In this document: in pieces, positions 1-8,987 of the stretch
Layout of the letters: each line of letters starts with the position of its first letter
Position numbering within the stretch: the first letter of the stretch is position 1
DNA from: Alphaproteobacteria bacterium
Lineage (GTDB): Bacteria > Pseudomonadota > Alphaproteobacteria > UBA8317
Assembly (NCBI GenBank): GCA_038131935.1
Contig: JAYPQH010000003.1
Location: forward strand, 1 to 37,764
Length of the DNA: 37,764 bases
Direction of reading: 5' to 3'
Made by a program: the position numbers and the translations under genes
Notes under the pieces: generated by a model
Told to the model about the DNA's origin: nothing
The model's input: the letters and a program-made list of their open reading frames with translations, nothing else
Databases searched by the model: none

Positions 1-5
1 CTAGT

Positions 6-51
6 TCTCCGTATATTTATGTATATACAAATATTATTGCTGAAATTCAAG
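6..51 (-). promoter_or_regulatory. Putative promoter and RBS for a minus-strand gene starting just outside the window
   Basis: Minus strand reads CTTGAA-N17-GTATAT (51..23), resembling the alphaproteobacterial CTTGAC-N17-CTATAT consensus, followed by GGAGA at 10..6. The gene itself is not visible. Confidence 0.35.
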
Positions 52-275
52 ACTGATCACCCCGCGCGAGCACATATGCGGTTTCAGATACTCAGTGGGC
101 TTGTTCAATGTACACGCCTCTTTTCGAAATGACATAGCGAACAGTATCATCCACGTCATCTTCTTTAATGCCTTAGACTGCTCATAAATCTTAGAACTCA
201 TTGTGAAGGAAGCAGAGTTGCCAACTTCGCCTTAAACATGAGGTTTCGGCGTATAAATTTTCATGAAAACAATCA

Positions 276-318
276 TTTTCCACATGCCTAGCTCCCCAAG
301 ACCTTAACATGTGGAAAA
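276..318. repeat. 11-bp perfect inverted repeat directly after the dioxygenase stop codon; possible 3' stem-loop or terminator
   Basis: TTTTCCACATG (276-286) pairs with CATGTGGAAAA (308-318) around a 21-nt loop, abutting the stop at 319-321. Confidence 0.5.
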
Positions 319-1320
319 CTAAATCTGGCTTTTTTGTTGGTAGCGTGTGAATCCACCTACGAGATGTTGAATGTTCTCCAGTCCACTTGCTCTTGAAATC
401 GCAACAGCCATGGCTGAGCGTTCTCCCGCGGCGCAAACAAACAAAATAGGTTTTGAACATTGTTTCAATATTGAAAAGTGGCGATCAAGGCTTGAGTAGG
501 GAAGGGATAATGAATTGGGGATGATGCCAAATCTTTGTCTTTCAGTCTCTTCTCGTAAATCCACGATTTGATAGTTTTCAAGTGTGGCCAGAGATGTGTG
601 TTCTAAATCAACGCTTGGAACTTCTTTTTGACGTTCTAAGCTCAAACCCATTTTCATGTTTTCAGGTACCGCTACATCCATCATTTTGGGGTTAGGCAAA
701 TTCAAACTGTCCATGAGCGCAATATAATCCTGCTTAGAACGAACGCGTAACCTCGGGTTGTGGGCTTTTTCCTCACCTATGGTTGACGCGGTTTGACCAC
801 GGTAATCATGCCCAGGCAGAACGATGGTGTCCTCTGGCAATGTAAGTAATTTTCCAAAAATAGAATCATATTGTTGACCCGCGTCACCATTTTGGAAATC
901 GGTACGACCTGTTCCGCGGATTAATAGGGTATCGCCAGTGAAAATACATTTCTCATAAAGAAAACAATAACTGTCGCTTGTGTGCCCTGGTGTATGTATG
1001 GCTTGAAGTTTTACTCCCTCGAGATGAACATATTCTCCATCAGATACGCGCATGGAAACGATATCAACCGGAGATTGTTCACCCATCACCGTGATACAGT
1101 TTGTTTGATCACGCAAAACGCCCATGGCTGTGATATGGTCAGCATGCACATGGGTATCAATGACTTTTAACAATTTCAGATCGAGTTCACCTAGCAATTG
1201 TAAATATTGTTCAGCCTTCTCAAAAACAGGATCAATCAGTAATGCCTCTCCACCTTGTCGCGATGCCACAAGGTAGGTGTAGGTGCATGACACAGGTTCA
1301 AACATTTGTCGTAAAATCAT
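319..1320 (-). CDS. ETHE1-like (type I) persulfide dioxygenase, MBL fold, fused to a C-terminal rhodanese domain
   Basis: N-terminus ILRQMFEPVSCTYTY; HVHADH metal motif; TPGHT; FTGDTLLIRGTGRTDFQ; PGHDY; NPRL. Rhodanese part has IVDLRE and active loop CAAGERS. Start placed at ATG 1320, preceded by GGAGG. Confidence 0.9.
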   Translation of the reverse strand: MILRQMFEPVSCTYTYLVASRQGGEALLIDPVFEKAEQYLQLLGELDLKLLKVIDTHVHADHITAMGVLRDQTNCITVMGEQSPVDIVSMRVSDGEYVHLEGVKLQAIHTPGHTSDSYCFLYEKCIFTGDTLLIRGTGRTDFQNGDAGQQYDSIFGKLLTLPEDTIVLPGHDYRGQTASTIGEEKAHNPRLRVRSKQDYIALMDSLNLPNPKMMDVAVPENMKMGLSLERQKEVPSVDLEHTSLATLENYQIVDLREETERQRFGIIPNSLSLPYSSLDRHFSILKQCSKPILFVCAAGERSAMAVAISRASGLENIQHLVGGFTRYQQKSQI

Positions 1321-1792
1321 GAGAAGACCTCCTAAATTTTGCTGGCATGGTCGCATCGTTGTTTACGAACAAAGCGGATCAATTTCCTTTTTTCAATACA
1401 TTTTGATGATTGTGTGAACAAGTTCTTTTCTCAAGAACATTCCATGAACGAGTCGTTAAGCAGAATTGTTGAGTGAGAGCAATTTTTCGCCTTTAAAAGC
1501 AGGCACATCCGTCAAAACAGAATTGCTGGTGGCACTTTCTGGATTTGTGATAATGGCGTATATCAGCGTTGTTGCCTCAGCCATTCTTAGTTCTTAAGGC
1601 AGCAGGGGCATGAAATTTGGTGCTGTCTTCATAGCAACCATTTTGGCTGCCAGGTTGGACAGGTTCATTGAGTGTTGGTGGGCAAATGGGCCCGCGGCGT
1701 CCGCACCCAGTGGGCCAGCATAGGCCAGCATACGGTTTAATGCGTTTTTTACCTAAAGTGCCCTCTTCGGTATGGGGTAGAGCTATCAGCAG

Positions 1793-1815
1793 GCGTTGAC
1801 AGTATATGTCAAAGC
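1793..1815. promoter_or_regulatory. Palindromic operator-like site GCgTTGACAgtataTGTCAAaGC
   Basis: Perfect TTGACA-N5-TGTCAA dyad at 1796-1812 in the divergent gap between the dioxygenase and panB. Each half is also a canonical -35 hexamer. Confidence 0.5.
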
Positions 1816-1907
1816 GTTCTCTGACCGGTTTGAGGAAAATTTTTCCTAGCCGTTGGTTTGTTGCTGGTTTCTCCATGATCTATTTGCAGGCCAATGATGC
1901 CAAAATG

Positions 1908-1930
1908 ATGGCTGGCCAAAGGCCAGCCGT
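1908..1930 (+). other. GC-rich hairpin in the panB leader
   Basis: ATGGCTGGCC-AAA-GGCCAGCCGT forms a 10-bp stem with one G-U pair, ending 41 nt before the panB ATG. Confidence 0.5.
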
Positions 1931-1971
1931 CCCACTACATAAAGGCAAGATATTGAAAAAGGACATCCATC

Positions 1972-2784
1972 ATGAGTTTTGCCTCTGAAGTTAGAAAGAA
2001 GGTCTCTCCACTATCCCTCATTCGTATGAAACAAAAAGGCGAAAAAATTGTTTGCCTGACTGCCTATGATGGTCTGAGTGCTGCCCTTTATGGGGATCTT
2101 GTTGACTTGTTATTGGTTGGCGATTCAGTGGGAATGGTTCGCCATTTGGCGCCTCACACCAATCAAGTTGATATGTCTATGATGATGTTTCATGTGCAAT
2201 CTGTCGTGCGGGCTTGTCCATCAAGTTTGATTGTGGCTGATATGCCTTTCGGGTCATTGGAAATTTCCGATGAGCAAGCTATTGAAAATGCTTTGAGTTT
2301 TATTCGCGCTGGTGCCGATGCTGTTAAAATTGAAGGTGGTCAGGGGCGTGCCCATACCATCCATAAAATTGTTTCTGCAGGAATTCCTGTGATGGGACAT
2401 GTTGGCATGCAACCGCAGCTAACATTAATGAGCAAATCTTTCCGCTCTGTGGGCCGGACTGATGAAGAGATAGCAAGTTTTAGAGGAGATCTTACTGCAG
2501 TGCGTGAAGCGGGCGCATTTGCTATTGTCGTAGAGGCCGTGACGAACCAAGCGATGGATGGTATGTCCGAAAGAGAGTCCTGTCCACTTATCGGTATAGG
2601 TGCAGGCGCTTCATGTGATGGCCAAATTTTGGTTGCAGAGGATATGCTTGGTTGCCATCACAAAGTTCCGAAATTTGTTCGGCGTTATGGCAATTTACGG
2701 GATATGGTTCGAGATGCCGTAACGCGCTATGGAGAGGATGTTCGTTCCAGCAATTTCCCGCTGGACGATGAAAGTTATTCATGA
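1972..2784 (+). CDS. panB: 3-methyl-2-oxobutanoate hydroxymethyltransferase
   Basis: Motifs LTAYD, LLVGDS, VADMPF, AVKIEGG, GHVGMQPQ, IGIGAG and DGQILV. Confidence 0.97.
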   Translation: MSFASEVRKKVSPLSLIRMKQKGEKIVCLTAYDGLSAALYGDLVDLLLVGDSVGMVRHLAPHTNQVDMSMMMFHVQSVVRACPSSLIVADMPFGSLEISDEQAIENALSFIRAGADAVKIEGGQGRAHTIHKIVSAGIPVMGHVGMQPQLTLMSKSFRSVGRTDEEIASFRGDLTAVREAGAFAIVVEAVTNQAMDGMSERESCPLIGIGAGASCDGQILVAEDMLGCHHKVPKFVRRYGNLRDMVRDAVTRYGEDVRSSNFPLDDESYS

Positions 2785-2791
2785 GGTTTTA

Positions 2792-3403
2792 ATGTCTGAT
2801 TTATTTCGTGAGGTAGATGAGGAGCTCCAACAAGATCGCCTCAAATATATGGCGCGCCGTTATGGTCCATGGGTTGGTGTTACCGTGGTCGTGGCCCTTT
2901 TGGCAGCCGCAGTTTGGACATATATGGAAAATCAAAAAGAGGAAAAACTGGCAGCTGCAGCAGAGCGTTATTTCACAGCGTTATCTTCAGATGGTGCTGA
3001 TTTAGAAATTTTAAAAAGCTTGACGGCGGAGCAAGGGGCTGGGATCTATCCTATCATGGCCAATCTTCTTCTCATGAACGAAGAGCTAGAGCCTGAGAGA
3101 GCCTTAGAGACCATCATGTCTGCAGATCTCGATGCTACAACCAGAGCATCACTGGCCCGTGTGCTGTCTTATCGCTTTGCGCATTTGGGTTGGCAACGCA
3201 TCGAAGGCCTTGTCAACCAATTAACGCCTGCGATGCAAGGGGCTTCAGCTGAGTTGGAATTCTTAGGGCAAATGGCTGATAACAATATGAGCGGTGCAAA
3301 AGAAGCCTTGAGTCGCTGGAAAACGCTAGAGAACCTACCCGCGTCGATGGCGGCAAGACTGCGCGAAGCAGAAATCCAGTTAGAGTTGGCTGAACATTCA
3401 TGA
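2792..3403 (+). CDS. YfgM-like TPR membrane protein (ancillary SecYEG subunit)
   Basis: Alphaproteobacterial N-terminus MSDLFREVDEEL, one TM helix, helical C-terminus, and conserved position upstream of bamB-der. Confidence 0.8.
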   Translation: MSDLFREVDEELQQDRLKYMARRYGPWVGVTVVVALLAAAVWTYMENQKEEKLAAAAERYFTALSSDGADLEILKSLTAEQGAGIYPIMANLLLMNEELEPERALETIMSADLDATTRASLARVLSYRFAHLGWQRIEGLVNQLTPAMQGASAELEFLGQMADNNMSGAKEALSRWKTLENLPASMAARLREAEIQLELAEHS

Positions 3404-4709
3404 CCATCAGGCGTTTTTTATGTTTGGCTTTAGGTGCTGGTTTTTTGGCATCTTGTGATTTGTTGGATCAAGATTCTGGCCCAAAAGTTGCGGGCACACG
3501 TTTAGATATTCGTCATAGCGCACGCATTGATCTCCCCTTTGTGCAAGCAGATCAAACACTTCAACTTGCTGTACCTAAGGAAATACCAAATTGGTATCAG
3601 GTAGGGCAGAATACGAAGCACGTCACTGGTCATATTGCTTTTGGTGGTGATTGGATTAAAGCCTGGAGTGTTGATATTGGCGAAGGCATTTCTGATGGAT
3701 TTGCTCTGCTCGCTCCACCAGTTGCATCTCGTGACGCTTTATATGTGATGATGCAGCTGCTCAAGTATCACGTTTTGATTTTAATGGCCGCAAAATATGG
3801 TCACGTTCACTGGTCCCGCCGAACGAAGAAATTCATGGGTTATCAGGTGGGGGTTTGGCACTTACCGACACAGCTTTGATTGTAACCACAATGTTTGGAG
3901 ATGTCTGGGCATTAGATCTTGAGGGTGGAGACGAGTTTTGGCGTGTGAATATTGGGGTTCCCGTTACAGGTAATCCCATGGTGAACGAGAATATGTTGTT
4001 GGTGCAGGGTTTAAATGGTCAAGCCACCGCATTGTCTGTAAACAATGGTGAAACTTTATGGGTTGATTTAGGGATCCCATCGTCACCTACCTTTGATAGG
4101 GTGGGGACTTCCGCTATGGCTGACAACGTGATCGTCTACCCAGGTATTGGTGGAGAGGGCGTTGGGCTGAAACCGAATGATGGGGGACGTTTATGGGTTG
4201 ATTTTCCAGTATTCCAAAGAACTGATTCAGTGTTGGAATCTGCACCGACTTTATCAGCCAGCCCCGTAATTTGGCGTGATTTTGCGCTTGTATCCGCGCG
4301 CAATGGTTCTTTTTTCTCGGTTGATGTGACAACAGGGAAACGGATATGGAGTTTGCCATTTGGATTGCGTGATACCCCTGCTGTAACTGATGATGTTGCA
4401 TTTGGAATTGATGATGACCAAAATCTACGCGCGATCTCTCTAACTGATGGAAAGCTGTTTTGGTCTATATCATTGCCAGAATTTGAAAATGAACGCAAAA
4501 AGGAAGGGGTTATTGCTTGGTTTGGGCCATTAATCATAGATGAAAAGATTATGGTTTTTTCAAGTCATGGCAAAATGATGGAAATAAATCCACTTTCAGC
4601 TGTTGTTGAAGACGAAAAAGATATTGAAGAAGCAGCGCTCGCACCCATAATCGTTTCAAACAATGCATTCTTATTATCACGTGACGGAAAACTGGTGGCT
4701 TATAAATAA
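3400..4709 (+). CDS. bamB: BamB-like PQQ-type beta-propeller lipoprotein; one frameshift near 3750
   Basis: Lipobox FLASC, repeated G-x-x-x-W propeller blades, between yfgM and der. The ORFs 3400-3879 and 3855-4709 join if one base is added near gtgatgatgcag (...YVMDAAAQVSRF...). Confidence 0.8.
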
Positions 4710-6097
4710 TGGATGATCTTTCACAACCTTTTCGATTGGTCATCGTGGGACGACCCAATGTTGGTAAATCAACCTTATTCAATAGGTTGGCTGGTAAAAA
4801 ACTTGCAATCGTGCATGACAAACCTGGTGTGACAAGAGATGTTCGCGAAACAATTTTAGAATTTGATGGTGCGTTGATCTCGTTGATGGATACAGCAGGC
4901 TTAGAAGAAGAGCGCCCTGGGGATCTGGTTAGCCGAATGACTGAAAAGTCAATGAATGCGGCCTTGGCTGCGGACCATGTTCTTTTTGTACTTGATGGAC
5001 GTTCTGGTTTGCTGCCAGAGGACCGACATTTTGCGGATGTTCTTCGAATGTCTGGTTTGCCCATTACAATTGTTGTGAACAAGTGTGAAGGGCGTGGAGG
5101 TGATATTGGTTTCTATGATGCCTTTGAGTTGGGAATGGGGGAACCTATAGCTGTTTCAGCAGAACATAATGAAGGCATGGGTGAATTATGGGGATGTATC
5201 CTATCGTTATTGGATGCCCATGATAAAGGCGCGCGTGATAACAATGATGAGGAAACAGACACCCCATTATCTTCAGAGGAAGAGCAGAGACCTATTCATC
5301 TTGCATTGGTTGGACGTCCAAATGCAGGAAAATCAACGTTATTTAACAAACTTTTGGGGCAAGAGCGTTCATTAACAGGTCCTGAGGCAGGTATCACGCG
5401 TGACACTGTATCTGTATCCTGGCAGTGGCAGGACCAATCTATTAAACTGTTTGACACAGCAGGCATGCGAAGGCGCGCGCGGGTTGTGGAATCTCTTGAG
5501 AAGTTATCCGTCCATGATAGTTTACGCGCAATTCGGTTTGCCGATGTCGTGGTGTTGTTGGTTGACGCTGTTCAAGGCCTTGAAAAACAGGATTTTACCA
5601 TCGCAGAGCACGTCGAACGTGAAGGACGTGCACTGGTTGTGGCATTAAGTAAATGGGACCTTGTTGGCCAATCAGAGGAAGTTCTCGATGAGGCAAAATA
5701 TAAGTTGTCTCATCATATGTCTCAGCTAAAAGATGTGCCTTTTATTCCTATTTCTGCGGTGGAGCACCGTGGTATACCCAGGCTCATGAAGAATATCATT
5801 CGTGTGCATGAGACGTGGGATACAAGGGTATCCACAGCACAATTGAACAAATGGCTTGGTGATATTGAGATACGTAATCCACCACCAGCGCCTGGTGGAC
5901 GACGTATTAGATTGCGTTACATCACCCAAATTAAGAGTCGGCCACCAACCTTCATCTTATTCGTTTCACGGCCAGAGGAACTTCCTGCCTCCTACACCCG
6001 CTTTTTGGTGAATGACATGAGAGAACAGTTCAATCTCTCATCAATTCCCATCCGCCTTTATTTACGCCGTGGCGATAATCCCTACAAAAAATCCTAA
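4709..6097 (+). CDS. der: Ribosome biogenesis double GTPase Der (EngA)
   Basis: Two GTPase domains (GRPNVGKS, GRPNAGKS, DTAG twice) and a C-terminal KH-like domain. Confidence 0.98.
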   Translation: MDDLSQPFRLVIVGRPNVGKSTLFNRLAGKKLAIVHDKPGVTRDVRETILEFDGALISLMDTAGLEEERPGDLVSRMTEKSMNAALAADHVLFVLDGRSGLLPEDRHFADVLRMSGLPITIVVNKCEGRGGDIGFYDAFELGMGEPIAVSAEHNEGMGELWGCILSLLDAHDKGARDNNDEETDTPLSSEEEQRPIHLALVGRPNAGKSTLFNKLLGQERSLTGPEAGITRDTVSVSWQWQDQSIKLFDTAGMRRRARVVESLEKLSVHDSLRAIRFADVVVLLVDAVQGLEKQDFTIAEHVEREGRALVVALSKWDLVGQSEEVLDEAKYKLSHHMSQLKDVPFIPISAVEHRGIPRLMKNIIRVHETWDTRVSTAQLNKWLGDIEIRNPPPAPGGRRIRLRYITQIKSRPPTFILFVSRPEELPASYTRFLVNDMREQFNLSSIPIRLYLRRGDNPYKKS

Positions 6098-6104
6098 AAG
6101 AGTG

Positions 6105-6157
6105 TGATGCGAATAAGCCTTTATTATGCTTTGAAGATAAAAATTTCTTTCGCATCA
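6105..6157. repeat. 9-bp inverted repeat between convergent der and SDR genes; possible terminator
   Basis: TGATGCGAA (6105-6113) pairs with TTCGCATCA (6149-6157) around a 35-nt loop. Confidence 0.35.
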
Positions 6158-6179
6158 AAAGGAAATCGTTAAGCATGTC

Positions 6180-6887
6180 TCAATCTCTGAGCATGACCAC
6201 CTCACCATGTTGATGACATTCATCACCAAGTAGCTTGCAAATGGAAGGTGCAATTGTTTCAGGTGTCCTCAATGTAAGGGGGTCTTCCCCTGGCATTGCT
6301 TGCGCCCTCATTCTGGTGCGTAGAGCACCAGGGTCAACAGCATTAACTTTGATGTTAAAGGGTGCACATTCCATAGCTGCAATGGCCATATAATTTTCAA
6401 TAGCAGCCTTAGAGATGGCATAAGCACCCCAATAAGAACGTGGATGACGGGCAACACCTGAAGACATAAATACCAGCCGACCCCGACCTGACTGTTTCAA
6501 AAGTAAGTGCATGGAGCGGTACAGATCATGGATACTTGCAAGGTTAACTTGCATAACATTTGCAAATTTGTCGGCTGGGTAATCGCTTAATGGGCTTAAT
6601 GGGCCTAAGATAGCAGCATTTGCAAATACACCATCGATCCTGCCAAATCGTTCAAAAATCATTTGACCCAAACGATTGATGCCATCACGGTCAGTCACAT
6701 CTAGTGGTACCAGTGTAGCTGAACTGCCCCGTTTTTGTACTTCATCATCTAGTTCTTCCAGTCCACCAACTTGACGCCCTACGGCAACAATATGGTCCCC
6801 ACGATCCGCGCAAGAAAGAGCAACGGCACGGCCAAGACCACGGTTGGCACCAGTGATGAGGGTAATACGAGAAACTTGTTCTGTCAT
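6180..6887 (-). CDS. Short-chain dehydrogenase/reductase (YciK-like)
   Basis: TGANRGLG Rossmann motif, YAISK catalytic motif, DPGALRTRMRAQAMPGEDP; lies downstream of purF as is common in Alphaproteobacteria. Confidence 0.9.
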   Translation of the reverse strand: MTEQVSRITLITGANRGLGRAVALSCADRGDHIVAVGRQVGGLEELDDEVQKRGSSATLVPLDVTDRDGINRLGQMIFERFGRIDGVFANAAILGPLSPLSDYPADKFANVMQVNLASIHDLYRSMHLLLKQSGRGRLVFMSSGVARHPRSYWGAYAISKAAIENYMAIAAMECAPFNIKVNAVDPGALRTRMRAQAMPGEDPLTLRTPETIAPSICKLLGDECHQHGEVVMLRD

Positions 6888-8331
6888 TGTGATTCACTTA
6901 ATAAAGTTGCGTTTTGTCCAATGTCACCAGATTCGATATCGGTCAGGCTGGTGGGGTAGTCGCCTGTGAAACAAGCGTCACAATATTGCGGACAGGAATT
7001 CTGCCGCTCCTTTTCTCCCATGGCGCGATACAGCCCATCAATAGAAATAAAGGCCAAACTGTCGACACCAATATGCTTGGCCATTGCTGGTATATCGTAA
7101 CGTGATGCCAAGAGTTTTTCGCGTTCTGGGGTGTCCACGCCATAAAAACATGAATTCGTCGTGGGTGGTGATGCAATCCGCAAATGAACCTCGGCCGCTC
7201 CAGCCTCTCTAACCATTTCTACAATTTTCATGGAAGTCGTTCCTCTAACAATTGAATCGTCAACCAGAAGGATGCGCTTCCCATCAATTTTGCTCTTGTT
7301 GGCATTATGTTTAAGTTTGACACCAAAATGACGAATTTGATCTGAAGGCTCAATAAAGGTTCTTCCAACATAATGATTTCTGATGATGCCCAATTCAAAG
7401 GGAATTCCCGATTGTTCTGCAAAGCCGATGGCTGAGGGTACACCGGAGTCAGGAACCGGAACAATCATATCTACATCAGCGGGAGACTCTTTTGCCAATT
7501 GTTTTCCAATGTTTTTACGCGCGTCATAAACGGAATGGCCCTCCATAACCGAATCAGGTCGCGCAAAGTAAACATATTCAAAAATGCAAAAACGGCTTGG
7601 TTTGCTCGCGCCGAACGGACGGTGTGTTGAAAGTCCTTTTTCATTAATAACGACCATTTCGCCTGCTTCTACTTCACGGATAAGGCTGGCACCAATAATA
7701 TCCAGAGCACAGCTTTCTGATGACAGGATATAGGCATCATCTAATTTTCCTATCACCAGCGGGCGGACTCCAAGAGGGTCCCGAACGCCGATTACTCCTT
7801 CAGCGGTCAACGCCAACAAGAGAAGGCACCCTCAACGCGTGCTAATGCCCCCATCAGTCGATGGGTAAGGTTTGAATCTCGTTGATTGGCGCATAGATGA
7901 ATAATGGCCTCGGTATCAGATGTGGATTGGAAAATAGAGCCGGAACGTACAAGTTCTTTTTTAATAGAATAAGCGTTCGTTAGGTTGCCATTATGAGCAA
8001 TGGCCATACCTCCTAATGACAATTCGGCAAATAATGGTTGTACGTTACGAAGGATGGTATCGCCTGAGGTAGCATAACGGACATGGCCAATAGCATTGTG
8101 ACCACTGAGCCGATCAATAATTTCCGATCTTGTGAAATTGTCACCAACGAGGCCCAAGCGGCGTTCAGAATGAAATTGTTTTCCATCATAGCTCACAATA
8201 CCAGCAGCCTCTTGTCCTCGATGTTGCAGTGCGTGCAGTCCTAAGGCTGTTAACGTGGTTGCGTCAGGGTGACCAAATACACCGAATATGCCGCATTCAT
8301 CATGGAATAGATCGTCATGGTCATTGTACAT
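6884..8331 (-). CDS. purF: Amidophosphoribosyltransferase; one frameshift near 7820
   Basis: Propeptide then ECGIFG, LQHRGQE, GHVRYAT, AHNGN, CIFEYVYFARPDS, VDDSIVRGTT and CDACF. Adding one T in ttctcttgttgg joins the two ORFs. Confidence 0.96.
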
Positions 8332-8986
8332 TGTTGTTGTTTCCTGATGCTGAGGGAGCAGTATTGGGGTTGTTATCACTTGTGTTGCTAAACCCTTGGA
8401 GCTTTTTTTTCAAAGCCTCACGGTCTAAAGATGCGTCGGGCGTATCAGCCACTTTGGGTGGGTAAATATTTTGAGGTTGCATCAGCAAATCCTCCGGAGC
8501 TTTGGGCAAATAGCCAGCAACAAACGTCGCAGTTGAGGTAACCATAGGCAGAAAACGTGCTTGGTTCACCCATTCAGGTTTGCTCTGCTGCCCTGGTAAG
8601 ATTTTATCAAATACCAGGTAAATGATTGCGACGATAACCAAACCTCTTACAAGCCCAAAGGCAAAGCCCAATGATCTGTTGATCATTCCGGGTGCCATAC
8701 CAGCGATAACCTTGGAAATTTGCCTGAATATTATCGCAAAAACAAACCACGCCAAGATAAAAACAGCGACGCCAGCAGCGATTTCTGCAACTTCTTCGCG
8801 CTGAAGATATTGATTGGCAAAAGTTGTGGCTTGTTCATGTGTCATGATGGTGACAACAATAGCCAAGATAAGGGCAATGAGCCCTAACATTTCACGGATG
8901 AAGCCTCGAATGAGGGCAAGTAAACCCGAAAATAGCATGACAGCTAAAAGAATGATGTCGCCGATGGTCATGCCAATCTGTTCCAT
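8321..8986 (-). CDS. cvpA: CvpA family membrane protein
   Basis: RGFIRE and NRSLGFAFGLVRG motifs, four TM segments, immediately upstream of purF. Confidence 0.9.
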   Translation of the reverse strand: MEQIGMTIGDIILLAVMLFSGLLALIRGFIREMLGLIALILAIVVTIMTHEQATTFANQYLQREEVAEIAAGVAVFILAWFVFAIIFRQISKVIAGMAPGMINRSLGFAFGLVRGLVIVAIIYLVFDKILPGQQSKPEWVNQARFLPMVTSTATFVAGYLPKAPEDLLMQPQNIYPPKVADTPDASLDREALKKKLQGFSNTSDNNPNTAPSASGNNNNVQ

Positions 8987-8987
8987 T

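Noticed and set aside
191-460. 89-aa ORF overlapping the 3' end of the dioxygenase
   Set aside because: Alternative frame of a well-supported gene with no family signal.
1577-1876. 99-aa minus-strand ORF (MEKPATNQ...)
   Set aside because: No recognisable motif, atypical Cys/Pro/Arg-rich composition and no clear RBS, and it overlaps the palindromic sites. Not called as a gene, though the region is kept as a finding.
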